A stretch of DNA of 64,000 nucleotides, taken from Escherichia coli. GTDB lineage: Bacteria; Pseudomonadota; Gammaproteobacteria; Enterobacterales; Enterobacteriaceae. The position numbers were made by a program, and so were the translations under genes. Below are positions 13,544-23,962 of the stretch, piece by piece. Positions within the stretch are counted from its first letter, which is position 1; every line of letters starts with the position of its first letter. The notes under the pieces are model-generated. The model was given only the letters and a program-made list of their open reading frames with translations. It was not told the origin of the DNA and did no database searches. The stretch lies in the NCBI RefSeq assembly GCF_046105845.1, contig NZ_CP151004.1. One strand, 5' to 3'.

Positions 13544-13592
13544 AGGTCTCTAGTAATTGCAATAAGAAATAACATGGAAAGCAGTGGTGTTG

Positions 13593-13608
13593 TGTGAGAG
13601 TAATCACG
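13593..13608. promoter_or_regulatory. CRP-like binding site (TGTGA-N6-TCACG)
   Basis: TGTGAgagtaaTCACg in divergent yqcE/ygcW control region. Confidence 0.5.
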
Positions 13609-13649
13609 CTTCTGCTTTTTAAAATTATTTGACAATTCGAATATCACAC

Positions 13650-13665
13650 TGTGATTACGATCACA
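13650..13665. promoter_or_regulatory. CRP-like binding site (TGTGA-N6-TCACA)
   Basis: Perfect consensus half-sites TGTGAttacgaTCACA; about 20 bp upstream of a TATGAT -10-like hexamer. Confidence 0.6.
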
Positions 13666-13719
13666 TTAGCGATTATGCCCTTATGATAAAAATTATCTCC
13701 AGTTACCAGAGATAATGAG

Positions 13720-13766
13720 AAAGGTAACTTCCCTCTCGCGGGGGAAGTTACCTTTCTTTTTTTTTG
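13720..13766 (+). terminator. leader hairpin + T9 run upstream of ygcW
   Basis: Stem AAAGGTAACTTCCC / GGGAAGTTACCTTT (14 bp perfect), 8-nt loop, then CTTTTTTTTT; 23 nt before ygcW ATG; upstream AGTTACC segment could pair with the stem as an alternative structure. Confidence 0.65.
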
Positions 13767-13789
13767 CCTTACGGAAATTGGAGCTAACT

Positions 13790-14575
13790 ATGTCAATCGA
13801 ATCTCTCAATGCGTTCTCAATGGATTTTTTCTCCCTGAAAGGTAAAACCGCAATTGTTACCGGCGGGAATAGCGGTTTAGGCCAGGCATTTGCCATGGCG
13901 CTGGCCAAAGCAGGCGCAAATATCTTTATTCCAAGCTTCGTTAAAGATAACGGAGAAACAAAGGAAATGATTGAAAAACAGGGTGTTGAGGTGGACTTCA
14001 TGCAGGTGGATATCACCGCAGAAGGCGCGCCGCAGAAGATAATCGCCGCCTGTTGCGAACGTTTCGGTACCGTCGATATTCTGATTAACAATGCCGGTAT
14101 TTGTAAGCTGAATAAGGTGCTGGACTTCGGTCGTGCCGACTGGGACCCGATGATTGATGTGAACCTGACCGCCGCATTCGAGTTAAGCTATGAAGCGGCA
14201 AAAATTATGATCCCGCAGAAAAGCGGTAAAATCATTAATATCTGTTCATTGTTCTCTTACTTAGGTGGACAATGGTCACCTGCTTATTCTGCCACTAAAC
14301 ATGCTCTTGCCGGATTCACCAAAGCCTATTGCGATGAATTAGGTCAATATAATATTCAGGTGAATGGTATTGCTCCGGGATATTACGCTACCGATATCAC
14401 TCTGGCGACCCGTAGTAATCCAGAAACTAACCAGCGCGTTCTTGATCATATTCCGGCAAACCGTTGGGGCGATACTCAGGATTTAATGGGCGCAGCCGTA
14501 TTCCTCGCAAGTCCGGCATCGAATTATGTCAACGGACATTTATTAGTGGTTGATGGCGGTTATTTAGTGCGCTAA
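13790..14575 (+). CDS. ygcW: short-chain dehydrogenase/reductase
   Basis: 261 aa from MSIESLNAFSMDFFSLKGKTAIVTGGNSGLGQ (Rossmann TGxxxGxG), catalytic YxxxK present. Confidence 0.85.
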   Translation: MSIESLNAFSMDFFSLKGKTAIVTGGNSGLGQAFAMALAKAGANIFIPSFVKDNGETKEMIEKQGVEVDFMQVDITAEGAPQKIIAACCERFGTVDILINNAGICKLNKVLDFGRADWDPMIDVNLTAAFELSYEAAKIMIPQKSGKIINICSLFSYLGGQWSPAYSATKHALAGFTKAYCDELGQYNIQVNGIAPGYYATDITLATRSNPETNQRVLDHIPANRWGDTQDLMGAAVFLASPASNYVNGHLLVVDGGYLVR

Positions 14576-14644
14576 TCCATAACGGTGGTTTCTGTTTTCT
14601 CTTATTAATGATTATTCCATTTTTATTATCAGGAAGGAATTACT

Positions 14645-16099
14645 ATGTCTTTATCTCGCGCAGCGATTGTCGACCAGCTAAAGGAAATTGTTGGTGCAGA
14701 TCGCGTAATTACCGATGAAACAGTATTAAAGAAAAACAGTATTGACCGTTTTCGTAAATTTCCGGATATTCATGGTATTTATACTTTGCCGATTCCGGCA
14801 GCGGTCGTAAAACTCGGTTCCACAGAACAAGTCTCCCGTGTGCTGAATTTTATGAATGCGCACAAAATTAACGGTGTGCCGCGTACCGGCGCTTCCGCCA
14901 CTGAAGGTGGGCTGGAAACCGTTGTGGAAAACTCGGTGGTGCTCGACGGCTCCGCCATGAATCAAATCATTAATATTGATATTGAGAATATGCAGGCCAC
15001 GGCGCAATGTGGTGTTCCGCTGGAAGTGCTGGAAAACGCGTTGCGTGAAAAAGGTTACACCACGGGGCATTCTCCGCAGTCAAAGCCGCTGGCGCAGATG
15101 GGCGGCCTGGTAGCAACCCGCAGTATCGGGCAGTTCTCCACACTCTACGGCGCAATCGAAGATATGGTCGTTGGTCTGGAAGCGGTACTGGCAGATGGCA
15201 CCGTAACACGCATTAAAAACGTACCACGCCGCGCGGCAGGCCCGGACATTCGCCACATCATCATCGGCAACGAAGGTGCATTGTGCTATATCACTGAAGT
15301 AACAGTGAAAATCTTTAAGTTCACCCCGGAAAACAACCTCTTCTACGGCTATATCCTGGAAGACATGAAAACCGGCTTCAACATCCTGCGTGAAATCATG
15401 GTGGAAGGGTATCGTCCGTCGATCGCTCGTTTGTATGACGCTGAAGATGGCACCCAACACTTCACCCATTTTGCCGATGGTAAATGTGTGCTGATCTTTA
15501 TGGCTGAAGGTAACCCTCGCATTGCGAAGGCGACAGGCGAAGGGATTGCGGAAATCGTGGCACGTTACCCGCAATGCCAGCGAGTGGACAGCAAGCTGAT
15601 CGAAACCTGGTTTAATCACCTGAACTGGGGGCCGGATAAAGTGGCCGCTGAACGTGTGCAGATCCTCAAAACCGGCAACATGGGCTTTACCACCGAAGTG
15701 TCCGGCTGCTGGAGCTGCATCCACGAAATCTACGAAAGCGTTATTAACCGTATTCGTACCGAGTTCCCGCACGCCGACGACATCACCATGCTGGGCGGTC
15801 ACTCCTCTCACAGCTACCAGAACGGCACCAACATGTACTTCGTTTACGACTACAACGTTGTTGACTGTAAGCCGGAAGAGGAAATCGACAAGTACCACAA
15901 TCCGCTCAACAAAATCATCTGCGAAGAAACCATTCGCCTCGGCGGTTCGATGGTGCACCACCACGGTATTGGTAAACATCGCGTTCACTGGAGCAAACTG
16001 GAACACGGCAGCGCGTGGACGTTGCTGGAAGGTCTGAAAAAACAGTTCGATCCTAACGGCATTATGAATACGGGTACTATCTATCCGATTGAAAAATAA
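14645..16099 (+). CDS. ygcU: FAD-linked oxidase (GlcD-like)
   Basis: 484-aa ORF with FAD-binding PCMH-type domain features. Confidence 0.8.
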   Translation: MSLSRAAIVDQLKEIVGADRVITDETVLKKNSIDRFRKFPDIHGIYTLPIPAAVVKLGSTEQVSRVLNFMNAHKINGVPRTGASATEGGLETVVENSVVLDGSAMNQIINIDIENMQATAQCGVPLEVLENALREKGYTTGHSPQSKPLAQMGGLVATRSIGQFSTLYGAIEDMVVGLEAVLADGTVTRIKNVPRRAAGPDIRHIIIGNEGALCYITEVTVKIFKFTPENNLFYGYILEDMKTGFNILREIMVEGYRPSIARLYDAEDGTQHFTHFADGKCVLIFMAEGNPRIAKATGEGIAEIVARYPQCQRVDSKLIETWFNHLNWGPDKVAAERVQILKTGNMGFTTEVSGCWSCIHEIYESVINRIRTEFPHADDITMLGGHSSHSYQNGTNMYFVYDYNVVDCKPEEEIDKYHNPLNKIICEETIRLGGSMVHHHGIGKHRVHWSKLEHGSAWTLLEGLKKQFDPNGIMNTGTIYPIEK

Positions 16100-16191
16100 T
16101 ATGTCAGGCAGCGTTCCGCTATGAGGGGCGTTGCCTTTTCGGCTTCTCAGGCGAGAAGCCGTTCTTATTACCGGACAATGAAGGGGTAAAG

Positions 16192-17529
16192 ATGAACACT
16201 TCACCGGTGCGAATGGATGATTTACCGCTTAACCGTTTTCACTGTCGAATTGCTGCGCTCACTTTCGGCGCGCACCTGACCGACGGTTATGTTCTCGGCG
16301 TCATTGGTTACGCCATTATTCAGCTTACACCCGCCATGCAACTGACGCCGTTTATGGCGGGAATGATTGGCGGCTCAGCACTCCTTGGTTTGTTTCTTGG
16401 CAGCCTGGTTCTGGGCTGGATCTCCGACCATATTGGGCGACAAAAAATCTTCACCTTCAGCTTTTTGCTGATTACGCTTGCTTCGTTTTTACAATTTTTT
16501 GCCACCACGCCAGAGCATCTTATTGGACTGCGCATTTTGATTGGCATTGGTCTGGGAGGCGATTACTCAGTCGGTCACACCTTGCTGGCTGAATTTTCCC
16601 CGCGCCGCCATCGCGGTGTTTTGCTGGGCGCATTCAGCGTAGTGTGGACGGTGGGCTATGTGCTGGCAAGCATTGCCGGACATCACTTTATTAGCGAAAG
16701 CCCGGAGGCCTGGCGCTGGCTGCTGGCATCGGCAGCTCTGCCCGCATTGTTGATTACGTTATTACGCTGGGGAACGCCAGAATCGCCACGCTGGCTACTG
16801 CGCCAGGGGCGTTTTGCAGAAGCTCACGCTATCGTGCATCGCTATTTTGGTCCCCATGTTTTACTGGGCGATGAAGTGGCAACGGCGACCCATAAACACA
16901 TCAAAACCTTGTTCTCTTCGCGCTACTGGCGGCGCACGGCGTTTAACAGCGTCTTCTTTGTCTGCCTCGTAATCCCATGGTTTGTGATTTATACCTGGCT
17001 GCCAACTATCGCCCAGACTATTGGTCTGGAAGATGCGTTGACTGCCAGCCTGATGCTTAATGCGTTGTTAATTGTGGGTGCGCTGCTGGGATTAGTTCTG
17101 ACGCACCTGCTGGCACATCGCAAATTTTTGCTGGGAAGTTTTTTGCTGCTGGCGGCAACGCTGGCAGTGATGGCTTGTTTGCCTTCCGGCAGTTCATTAA
17201 CGCTGCTGCTTTTTGTTCTCTTCAGCACCACCATTTCGGCAGTCAGTAATCTGGTGGGCATTTTGCCTGCGGAAAGTTTTCCTACTGACATTCGCTCGCT
17301 GGGCGTCGGTTTTGCCACCGCCATGAGTCGACTTGGCGCGGCGGTAAGTACTGGCCTGCTGCCGTGGGTGCTGGCGCAGTGGGGAATGCAAGTCACCTTA
17401 TTGCTCCTGGCGGCAGTGTTGTTGGTTGGTTTTGTTGTGACCTGGCTATGGGCACCAGAAACCAAAGCACTCTCGCTGGTGGCGGCGGGAAATGTAGGAG
17501 GTGCGAATGAACATTCTGTTAGCGTTTAA
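16192..17529 (+). CDS. ygcS: MFS sugar-porter-type transporter
   Basis: 445-aa ORF, 12 predicted hydrophobic segments, MFS motifs. Confidence 0.8.
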   Translation: MNTSPVRMDDLPLNRFHCRIAALTFGAHLTDGYVLGVIGYAIIQLTPAMQLTPFMAGMIGGSALLGLFLGSLVLGWISDHIGRQKIFTFSFLLITLASFLQFFATTPEHLIGLRILIGIGLGGDYSVGHTLLAEFSPRRHRGVLLGAFSVVWTVGYVLASIAGHHFISESPEAWRWLLASAALPALLITLLRWGTPESPRWLLRQGRFAEAHAIVHRYFGPHVLLGDEVATATHKHIKTLFSSRYWRRTAFNSVFFVCLVIPWFVIYTWLPTIAQTIGLEDALTASLMLNALLIVGALLGLVLTHLLAHRKFLLGSFLLLAATLAVMACLPSGSSLTLLLFVLFSTTISAVSNLVGILPAESFPTDIRSLGVGFATAMSRLGAAVSTGLLPWVLAQWGMQVTLLLLAAVLLVGFVVTWLWAPETKALSLVAAGNVGGANEHSVSV

Positions 17530-18286
17530 AGCCGAACCGGATGCCGGAATGCTGGCGGAAAAAGAGTGGCAGGCGGCGGCTCAGGGTAATAGCGGACCGG
17601 ATGTTTCGCTTCTGCGAAGTTTACTCGGTGCTGATGAACAGGCTGCCGCCGCGCTGCTGTTGGCGCAGAGAAAAAACGGTACGTCGATGTCTTTAACCGC
17701 GTTGAGCATGGGGGATGAACGGGCGTTGCACTGGCTGCGCTATCTCATGGCCCTTGGGTTTGAGGAAGCTGTATTGCTGGAGACAGCGGCAGATCTGCGC
17801 TTTGCGCCGGAATTTGTCGCTCGCCATATTGCCGAATGGCAGCGTCAGAATCCGCTGGATCTGATAATTACCGGCTGCCAAAGCAGCGAAGGGCAGAATG
17901 GGCAAACGCCATTTTTGCTGGCGGAAATGCTGGGCTGGCCCTGCTTCACCCAGGTGGAGCGTTTCACTCTCGACGCGCCGTTTATCACCCTCGAACAGCG
18001 TACTGAACATGGGCTGCGCTGTTGCCGGGTTCGCTTGCCTGCGGTGATTGCCGTGCGCCAGTGCGGTGAAGTGGCCTTGCCAGTACCGGGAATGCGCCAG
18101 CGAATGGCGGCGGGGAAAGCAGAAATTATCCGTAAAACTGTTGCTGCCGAATTGCCAGCGATGCAGTGTCTGCAACTGGCAAGAGCAGAGCAACGACGCG
18201 GAGCGAGGCTGATTGATGGGCAAACGGTAGCAGAAAAAGCGCAAAAGCTATGGCAGGACTATTTACGCCAAAGGATGCGGCCATGA
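17507..18286 (+). CDS. ygcR: electron transfer flavoprotein beta-subunit-like (FixA-like)
   Basis: 259 aa from MNILLAFKAEPDAG...; ETF-beta-like start; overlaps ygcS end. Confidence 0.75.
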   Translation: MNILLAFKAEPDAGMLAEKEWQAAAQGNSGPDVSLLRSLLGADEQAAAALLLAQRKNGTSMSLTALSMGDERALHWLRYLMALGFEEAVLLETAADLRFAPEFVARHIAEWQRQNPLDLIITGCQSSEGQNGQTPFLLAEMLGWPCFTQVERFTLDAPFITLEQRTEHGLRCCRVRLPAVIAVRQCGEVALPVPGMRQRMAAGKAEIIRKTVAAELPAMQCLQLARAEQRRGARLIDGQTVAEKAQKLWQDYLRQRMRP

Positions 18287-19143
18287 ATATCGCAATTGTG
18301 ACAATAAATCAGGAGAATGCCGCAATAGCGAGCTGGCTGGCGGCGCAGGATTTCAGCGGTTGTACCCTGGCGCACTGGCAGATTGAACCTCAGCCCGTAG
18401 TGGCGGAACAGGTGCTGGATGCGCTGGTGGAACAGTGGCAGCGAACGCCTGCGGACGTTGTTCTCTTTCCGCCGGGAACGTTTGGCGATGAACTGTCGAC
18501 CCGGCTGGCCTGGCGTTTACATGGTGCAAGCATCTGCCAGGTGACTTCGTTAGATATTCCAACCGTAAGCGTGCGCAAATCCCACTGGGGAAATGCGCTA
18601 ACGGCGACGCTGCAAACAGAAAAACGCCCGCTATGCCTTTCCCTGGCGCGTCAGGCGGGAGCAGAGAAAAACGCCACGTTGCCCTCTGGTATGCAGCAAC
18701 TGAATATTGTCCCGGGTGCGCTTCCCGACTGGCTGGTTAGCACAGAGGATCTGAAAAATGTTACCCGCGACTCATTAGCTGAAGCCAGACGGGTGCTGGT
18801 GGTGGGGCAGGGCGGAGAGGCAGATAACCAGGAAATCGCTATGCTGGCAGAAAAGCTGGGAGCCGAAGTGGGCTACAGTCGGGCGCGAGTGATGAACGGT
18901 GGCGTTGATGCTGAAAAAGTGATTGGTATTTCCGGACATTTGCTGGCACCTGAGGTGTGTATTGTTGTTGGCGCTTCCGGCGCAGCAGCGTTAATGGCGG
19001 GCGTACGCAATAGCAAGTTTGTGGTGGCGATTAATCATGACGCCAGCGCGGCGGTATTTTCACAGGCAGATGTTGGCGTGGTTGATGACTGGAAAGCGGT
19101 GCTGGAGGCACTGGTGACAACCATTCACGCAGATTGCCAATAA
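18283..19143 (+). CDS. ygcQ: electron transfer flavoprotein alpha-subunit-like (FixB-like)
   Basis: 286 aa from MNIAIVTINQEN...; ETF-alpha C-terminal FAD-binding region; overlaps ygcR. Confidence 0.75.
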   Translation: MNIAIVTINQENAAIASWLAAQDFSGCTLAHWQIEPQPVVAEQVLDALVEQWQRTPADVVLFPPGTFGDELSTRLAWRLHGASICQVTSLDIPTVSVRKSHWGNALTATLQTEKRPLCLSLARQAGAEKNATLPSGMQQLNIVPGALPDWLVSTEDLKNVTRDSLAEARRVLVVGQGGEADNQEIAMLAEKLGAEVGYSRARVMNGGVDAEKVIGISGHLLAPEVCIVVGASGAAALMAGVRNSKFVVAINHDASAAVFSQADVGVVDDWKAVLEALVTTIHADCQ

Positions 19144-19149
19144 CGTGCT

Positions 19150-19262
19150 GCCGGATGATCCTGCCTACGGTTCTGGGCTGGGGACTTGTAAGCCTGATAA
19201 GACGCGTCAAGCGTCGTATCAGGCGCTGAATGTCGGATGTGGCGTGCAGCCTACAAAGCACA
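19150..19262. repeat. REP/BIME-like palindromic units
   Basis: GCCTGATAAGACGCG...CGTCGTATCAGGC imperfect palindromes and CGGATG motifs between convergent ygcQ and ygcP. Confidence 0.6.
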
Positions 19263-19289
19263 TAAATTCAACTCGTTACGAGTATCCCG

Positions 19290-19865
19290 TCAAAGCAATT
19301 TTTTCGCTAACGTCCAGACCCCGGTATTCGTGGTGGAAAGCGCCACAACACCCGCGTTAATCGCATTACGCGCATCTTCTTCATCGCACACCAGCCCGCC
19401 GGCAATCAGCGGTTGGCGGATTTTCTCCGTCACCCAGCCCAGCACTTTAGGCATACAGCCTGGCAGGATCTCAATACAATCCGGATTCGATTGCGCAACT
19501 TGCTTATCAATGTTGTGAAACGAAATTGAATCAACAATAAACAGGCGATGAATACAGAAAAAACCTTCCGCTCTTGCCGCTTTCAACATTGAGGCTTTGG
19601 TACTGATAATGCCGTCCGCCTCAGTCACCAGTTTCAAAAACTGAATCACCACTTCTTTATTTGACGCGCCTTCCAGCAAATCAACATGAATAAAAGCATA
19701 TTTTCCGGCATTTTTAATCTTTTTAACGATTTGACTAATGGTGCAGATATTGCCGTACAACACGGAAATAAACTGGCATTCAGAGTCGATTGCCAGTTGC
19801 AGGCTGGCATTATCTTTAACGGCAGCAATCACCGGATTCTGGCGGAGCAGGTGTAAGAGGGGCAT
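19290..19865 (-). CDS. ygcP: GlpP-family putative RNA-binding transcription antiterminator
   Basis: 191-aa ORF MPLLHLLRQNPVIAAVKDNASLQLAIDSE..., GlpP-like. Confidence 0.75.
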   Translation of the reverse strand: MPLLHLLRQNPVIAAVKDNASLQLAIDSECQFISVLYGNICTISQIVKKIKNAGKYAFIHVDLLEGASNKEVVIQFLKLVTEADGIISTKASMLKAARAEGFFCIHRLFIVDSISFHNIDKQVAQSNPDCIEILPGCMPKVLGWVTEKIRQPLIAGGLVCDEEDARNAINAGVVALSTTNTGVWTLAKKLL

Positions 19866-19881
19866 AAATTATCCTTATTAT

Positions 19882-20142
19882 TTATCCAAAACGGTAGGTG
19901 ATGCCGAATCCGGAAGGCGGATAGCGCCACTGTTGTAGTGTTGATTCGTCGCACAGCAAACGGCAGGTGCCACACTCCAGGCAGCCGCGATAATCAACGC
20001 GTAAGTCACCTTCCGGTGTGAGCGAAAAAAGACCAGCCGGACAAGCGTTAATCAACCGTTGTACCGTCTGGCGCTCAACGGAGTCAGCCGGAACAATGTG
20101 CGGCGCATCGGCAACGCGCCAGAGATTACGGGCTACAGACAT
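19882..20142 (-). CDS. ygcO: ferredoxin-like protein (FixX-like)
   Basis: 86 aa from MSVARNLW...; Cys motif CLECGTCRLLC. Confidence 0.7.
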   Translation of the reverse strand: MSVARNLWRVADAPHIVPADSVERQTVQRLINACPAGLFSLTPEGDLRVDYRGCLECGTCRLLCDESTLQQWRYPPSGFGITYRFG

Positions 20143-21404
20143 CGCAGACTCCTGATAACATCGCCCGCCAGATGCCACAGGCCGTGACGACGTAAATGAC
20201 GCCAGAGCAACTGGCGCAGCGGCGGAACAGGTTTATCACCCTGATCCCATAAATCACGGGAAATATCCTGCATTAACGCAGGCCACGCCCGATACCAGCC
20301 AGGGCGTTGCAAAAGCGCCGGAACATGCTGATAACGTTGTAGAACATCCCATAGCAGGCTGCGCTCGACGTTGTGATGATAAAGCGCAAACAGATTTTGC
20401 GGCTCGCGGTGCTGGCAGGCGCTTATCAGCGTTTGTGCCGCCGCCTGCGCGCCAGTTAGCGCCATATCCATGCCGCGCACGGAAATTCCGGTATTGACGC
20501 AACTGCGCAACGCATCGCCCACCAGCAGCCAGCCGTTACCGGCGTATTGCACCGGCATACTGTGCAAGCCACCTTCTGGCACCAGATGCGCACCATACTC
20601 CAGTGATTCCGTGTTTTTGATAAGCGGGCGCACTGCCGGATGCGTTTTAAAGCGAGCCAGCAGCTCGCTTGCCGGAACACGACTTTGCGTAAGGGAAGAG
20701 AGCGGGCAAACAATCCCTAACGAGAGCGTTTGTTGATTAGTATAAAGAAATGCGCCGCCGGGTAAGTCATCACAGATTCCGCCGCTGAACAGCAACGCTG
20801 CGCCTTCGTTATTCTCCAGATGAAAACGTTCTTCAATAGCGGATGTTTCCAGCGACAGCACTTCTTTGATCCCCAACGCCATCGCTTCGCCAGCAGGACG
20901 AGTCACTAACCCGTGACGCTCAGCCAGGACGCTGTTGGCACCTTCTGCCAGCACCACATAACGGGCGCGGAGAATATCGTCACCACAAATGACACCACAC
21001 ACCATGCCGTTTTCTTCATACAGCGCATCCACCGTCGCACCGGGGATGCATTCGACACCTTCTTTTTCGGCTTCGGCAACCAGCCACGGATCGAACCGTG
21101 CACGTAATACACTCCAGGATTCACCGCCGGGCTGTAAGCTGGAAAACGTCGTTGCGCCATCCGGCGTTAACAGGGAAAGGCTTTCGTGAGTGATGCGTCG
21201 TTCAAGAGGCGCGGTCAGATGAAATTGTGGGAGGAGTTCCGCGAGCGCCTGGGTATATAAACGCCCGCCGGAAAGATTTTTGCTGCCGGGGATTTCAGCG
21301 CGTTCCAGTAACAAAACGGATAAACCTGCCCGCGCGCAGCGTAAAGCACAAGCGGTGCCTGCTATACCCGCACCAATAATAATAATGTCGCAGTCGTCTT
21401 CCAT
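20133..21404 (-). CDS. ygcN: FAD-dependent oxidoreductase (FixC / ETF-QO-like)
   Basis: 423 aa from MEDDCDIIIIGAGIAGTACA (FAD GxGxxG). Confidence 0.8.
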   Translation of the reverse strand: MEDDCDIIIIGAGIAGTACALRCARAGLSVLLLERAEIPGSKNLSGGRLYTQALAELLPQFHLTAPLERRITHESLSLLTPDGATTFSSLQPGGESWSVLRARFDPWLVAEAEKEGVECIPGATVDALYEENGMVCGVICGDDILRARYVVLAEGANSVLAERHGLVTRPAGEAMALGIKEVLSLETSAIEERFHLENNEGAALLFSGGICDDLPGGAFLYTNQQTLSLGIVCPLSSLTQSRVPASELLARFKTHPAVRPLIKNTESLEYGAHLVPEGGLHSMPVQYAGNGWLLVGDALRSCVNTGISVRGMDMALTGAQAAAQTLISACQHREPQNLFALYHHNVERSLLWDVLQRYQHVPALLQRPGWYRAWPALMQDISRDLWDQGDKPVPPLRQLLWRHLRRHGLWHLAGDVIRSLRCL

Positions 21405-21481
21405 GTCGTGCCCCATATATCCAGAGCGCAACACCCTAACATAGCGTTACTTAAGGGAAATTGACCGCCGACACACTCTTA

Positions 21482-21847
21482 TCATTCGCCGCGATAGATG
21501 CAACCTGCGGTGCAGGTTTCTTTCACCATAACCGCACTTAACAGCGGAACAACCGGTTTAACCTGATCCCAAATCCATTTTGCTAAAACCTCGCTGGTCG
21601 GGTTTTCCAGACCTGGAATATCATTGAGATAATGGTGATCGAGGCGCTCATAAGTTGGCTTAAACGCCGCTTTCAGTTCAGCGAAATCGATAATCCAGCC
21701 CGTATGCGGATCGACTTCCCCGGTAATTTCCAGTCGCACCATAAAGGAATGCCCGTGCAGGCGACCACATTTATGCCCTTCCGGGACGTGTGGTAAGCGG
21801 TGAGCGGCTTCGAAGGTGAAATCTTTAAATAACGTGGTGGACATCAT
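21482..21847 (-). CDS. queD: 6-carboxy-5,6,7,8-tetrahydropterin synthase
   Basis: 121 aa from [35 protein letters not shown]... (PTPS family motifs). Confidence 0.85.
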   Translation of the reverse strand: MMSTTLFKDFTFEAAHRLPHVPEGHKCGRLHGHSFMVRLEITGEVDPHTGWIIDFAELKAAFKPTYERLDHHYLNDIPGLENPTSEVLAKWIWDQVKPVVPLLSAVMVKETCTAGCIYRGE

Positions 21848-22162
21848 AATTTCTCTACAGGACGATAAAACCGCCGTAGAGTACCGGAAAGGCTGTTTTT
21901 TCGCATTATCTAAAACGACTTTGTTGCGCAAAATCGCTGATTTATCTTAATGATTGGCTAAATTCATTTGTTTTTCATTGGGTTGGTTAATCTGTTTTGT
22001 TGTTAAAGACTATTGCTAAAACAGGTTAGTCGATTTGGTTATTAGTTATCGCTATCCCGTCTTTAATCCACACCGTTCACCCCGTTAACCTTACCTTCTC
22101 TTCTGTTTTATGGGCGCTGACAGGGCGCAGAAACAGCTTTGCTTACTGGAACATAACGACGC

Positions 22163-23962
22163 ATGACGACACAGGTCCCACCTTCCGCGTTGCTTCCGTT
22201 GAACCCGGAGCAACTGGCACGCCTTCAGGCGGCCACGACCGATTTAACTCCTACCCAGCTTGCCTGGGTTTCTGGCTATTTCTGGGGCGTGCTCAACCAG
22301 CAGCCTGCTGCGCTTGCAGCGACGCCAGCGCCCGCCGCAGAAATGCCGGATATAACTATTATCTCCGCTTCGCAAACCGGCAATGCGCGCCGGGTTGCTG
22401 AAGCATTACGCGATGATTTATTAGCGGCAAAACTGAACGTTAAGCTGGTGAACGCGGGCGACTATAAATTCAAACAAATCGCCAGCGAAAAACTGCTCAT
22501 CGTGGTGACGTCAACGCAAGGGGAAGGGGAACCGCCGGAAGAAGCCGTCGCGCTGCATAAGTTCCTGTTCTCCAAAAAAGCGCCAAAGCTGGAAAACACT
22601 GCATTTGCCGTGTTTAGCCTCGGCGATAGCTCTTATGAATTTTTCTGCCAGTCCGGGAAAGATTTTGACAGCAAGCTGGCGGAACTGGGCGGTGAACGCC
22701 TGCTCGACCGTGTCGATGCCGACGTTGAATACCAGGCTGCTGCCATCGAGTGGCGCGCCCGCGTGGTTGATGCGCTTAAATCGCGTGCGCCTGTCGCGGC
22801 ACCTTCGCAATCCGTCGCTACTGGCGCGGTAAATGAAATCCACACCAGCCCGTACAGCAAAGACGCGCCGCTGGTGGCGAGCCTCTCTGTTAACCAGAAA
22901 ATTACCGGGCGTAACTCTGAAAAAGACGTTCGCCATATCGAAATTGACTTAGGTGACTCTGGCCTGCGTTACCAGCCGGGTGACGCGCTGGGCGTCTGGT
23001 ATCAGAACGATCCGGCACTGGTGAAAGAACTTGTCGAACTGCTGTGGCTGAAAGGCGATGAAACTGTCACCGTTGACGGCAAAACGCTGACCCTGAGCGA
23101 AGCGCTACAGTGGCACTTTGAACTCACCGTCAACACCGCGAATATTGTTGAGAACTACGCCACGCTTACCCGCAGCGAAACGCTGCTGCCGCTGGTGGGC
23201 GATAAAGCCAAGTTACAGCATTACGCCGTGACCACGCCGATTGTTGACATGGTGCGTTTCTCTCCGGCGCAACTGGATGCCGAAGCGCTGATTAACCTGC
23301 TGCGCCCGCTGACCCCGCGCCTGTATTCCATCGCCTCCTCGCAGGCGGAAGTCGAGAACGAAGTACACGTTACCGTTGGTGTGGTGCGTTACGACGTGGA
23401 AGGCCGCGCCCGTGCCGGTGGTGCCTCCAGTTTCCTCGCGGACCGTGTGGAAGAAGAGGGCGAAGTCCGCGTCTTTATCGAACATAACGATAACTTCCGC
23501 CTGCCAGCCAATCCGGAAACGTCGGTGATTATGATTGGCCCAGGCACCGGCATCGCGCCGTTCCGCGCCTTTATGCAGCAACGCGCCGCCGACGAAGCGT
23601 CGGGGAAAAACTGGCTGTTCTTTGGCAACCCGCACTTTACGGAAGATTTCCTCTACCAGGTGGAATGGCAGCGCTACGTCAAAGAGGGCGTGCTGACGCG
23701 TATCGATCTTGCCTGGTCGCGCGATCAAAAAGAAAAAATTTACGTACAAGACAAACTGCGCGAACAGGGCGCGGAGCTGTGGCGCTGGATCAATGACGGT
23801 GCCCACATTTATGTCTGCGGCGACGCTAATCGCATGGCGAAAGACGTTGAGCAGGCACTTCTGGAAGTGATTGCCGAATTTGGTGGCATGGACACCGAAG
23901 CGGCGGATGAATTTTTAAGTGAGCTGCGCGTAGAGCGCCGTTATCAGCGAGATGTCTACTAA
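22163..23962 (+). CDS. cysJ: sulfite reductase flavoprotein alpha subunit
   Basis: 599-aa ORF, flavodoxin + FAD/NADPH domains; followed by cysI and cysH. Confidence 0.95.
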   Translation: MTTQVPPSALLPLNPEQLARLQAATTDLTPTQLAWVSGYFWGVLNQQPAALAATPAPAAEMPDITIISASQTGNARRVAEALRDDLLAAKLNVKLVNAGDYKFKQIASEKLLIVVTSTQGEGEPPEEAVALHKFLFSKKAPKLENTAFAVFSLGDSSYEFFCQSGKDFDSKLAELGGERLLDRVDADVEYQAAAIEWRARVVDALKSRAPVAAPSQSVATGAVNEIHTSPYSKDAPLVASLSVNQKITGRNSEKDVRHIEIDLGDSGLRYQPGDALGVWYQNDPALVKELVELLWLKGDETVTVDGKTLTLSEALQWHFELTVNTANIVENYATLTRSETLLPLVGDKAKLQHYAVTTPIVDMVRFSPAQLDAEALINLLRPLTPRLYSIASSQAEVENEVHVTVGVVRYDVEGRARAGGASSFLADRVEEEGEVRVFIEHNDNFRLPANPETSVIMIGPGTGIAPFRAFMQQRAADEASGKNWLFFGNPHFTEDFLYQVEWQRYVKEGVLTRIDLAWSRDQKEKIYVQDKLREQGAELWRWINDGAHIYVCGDANRMAKDVEQALLEVIAEFGGMDTEAADEFLSELRVERRYQRDVY

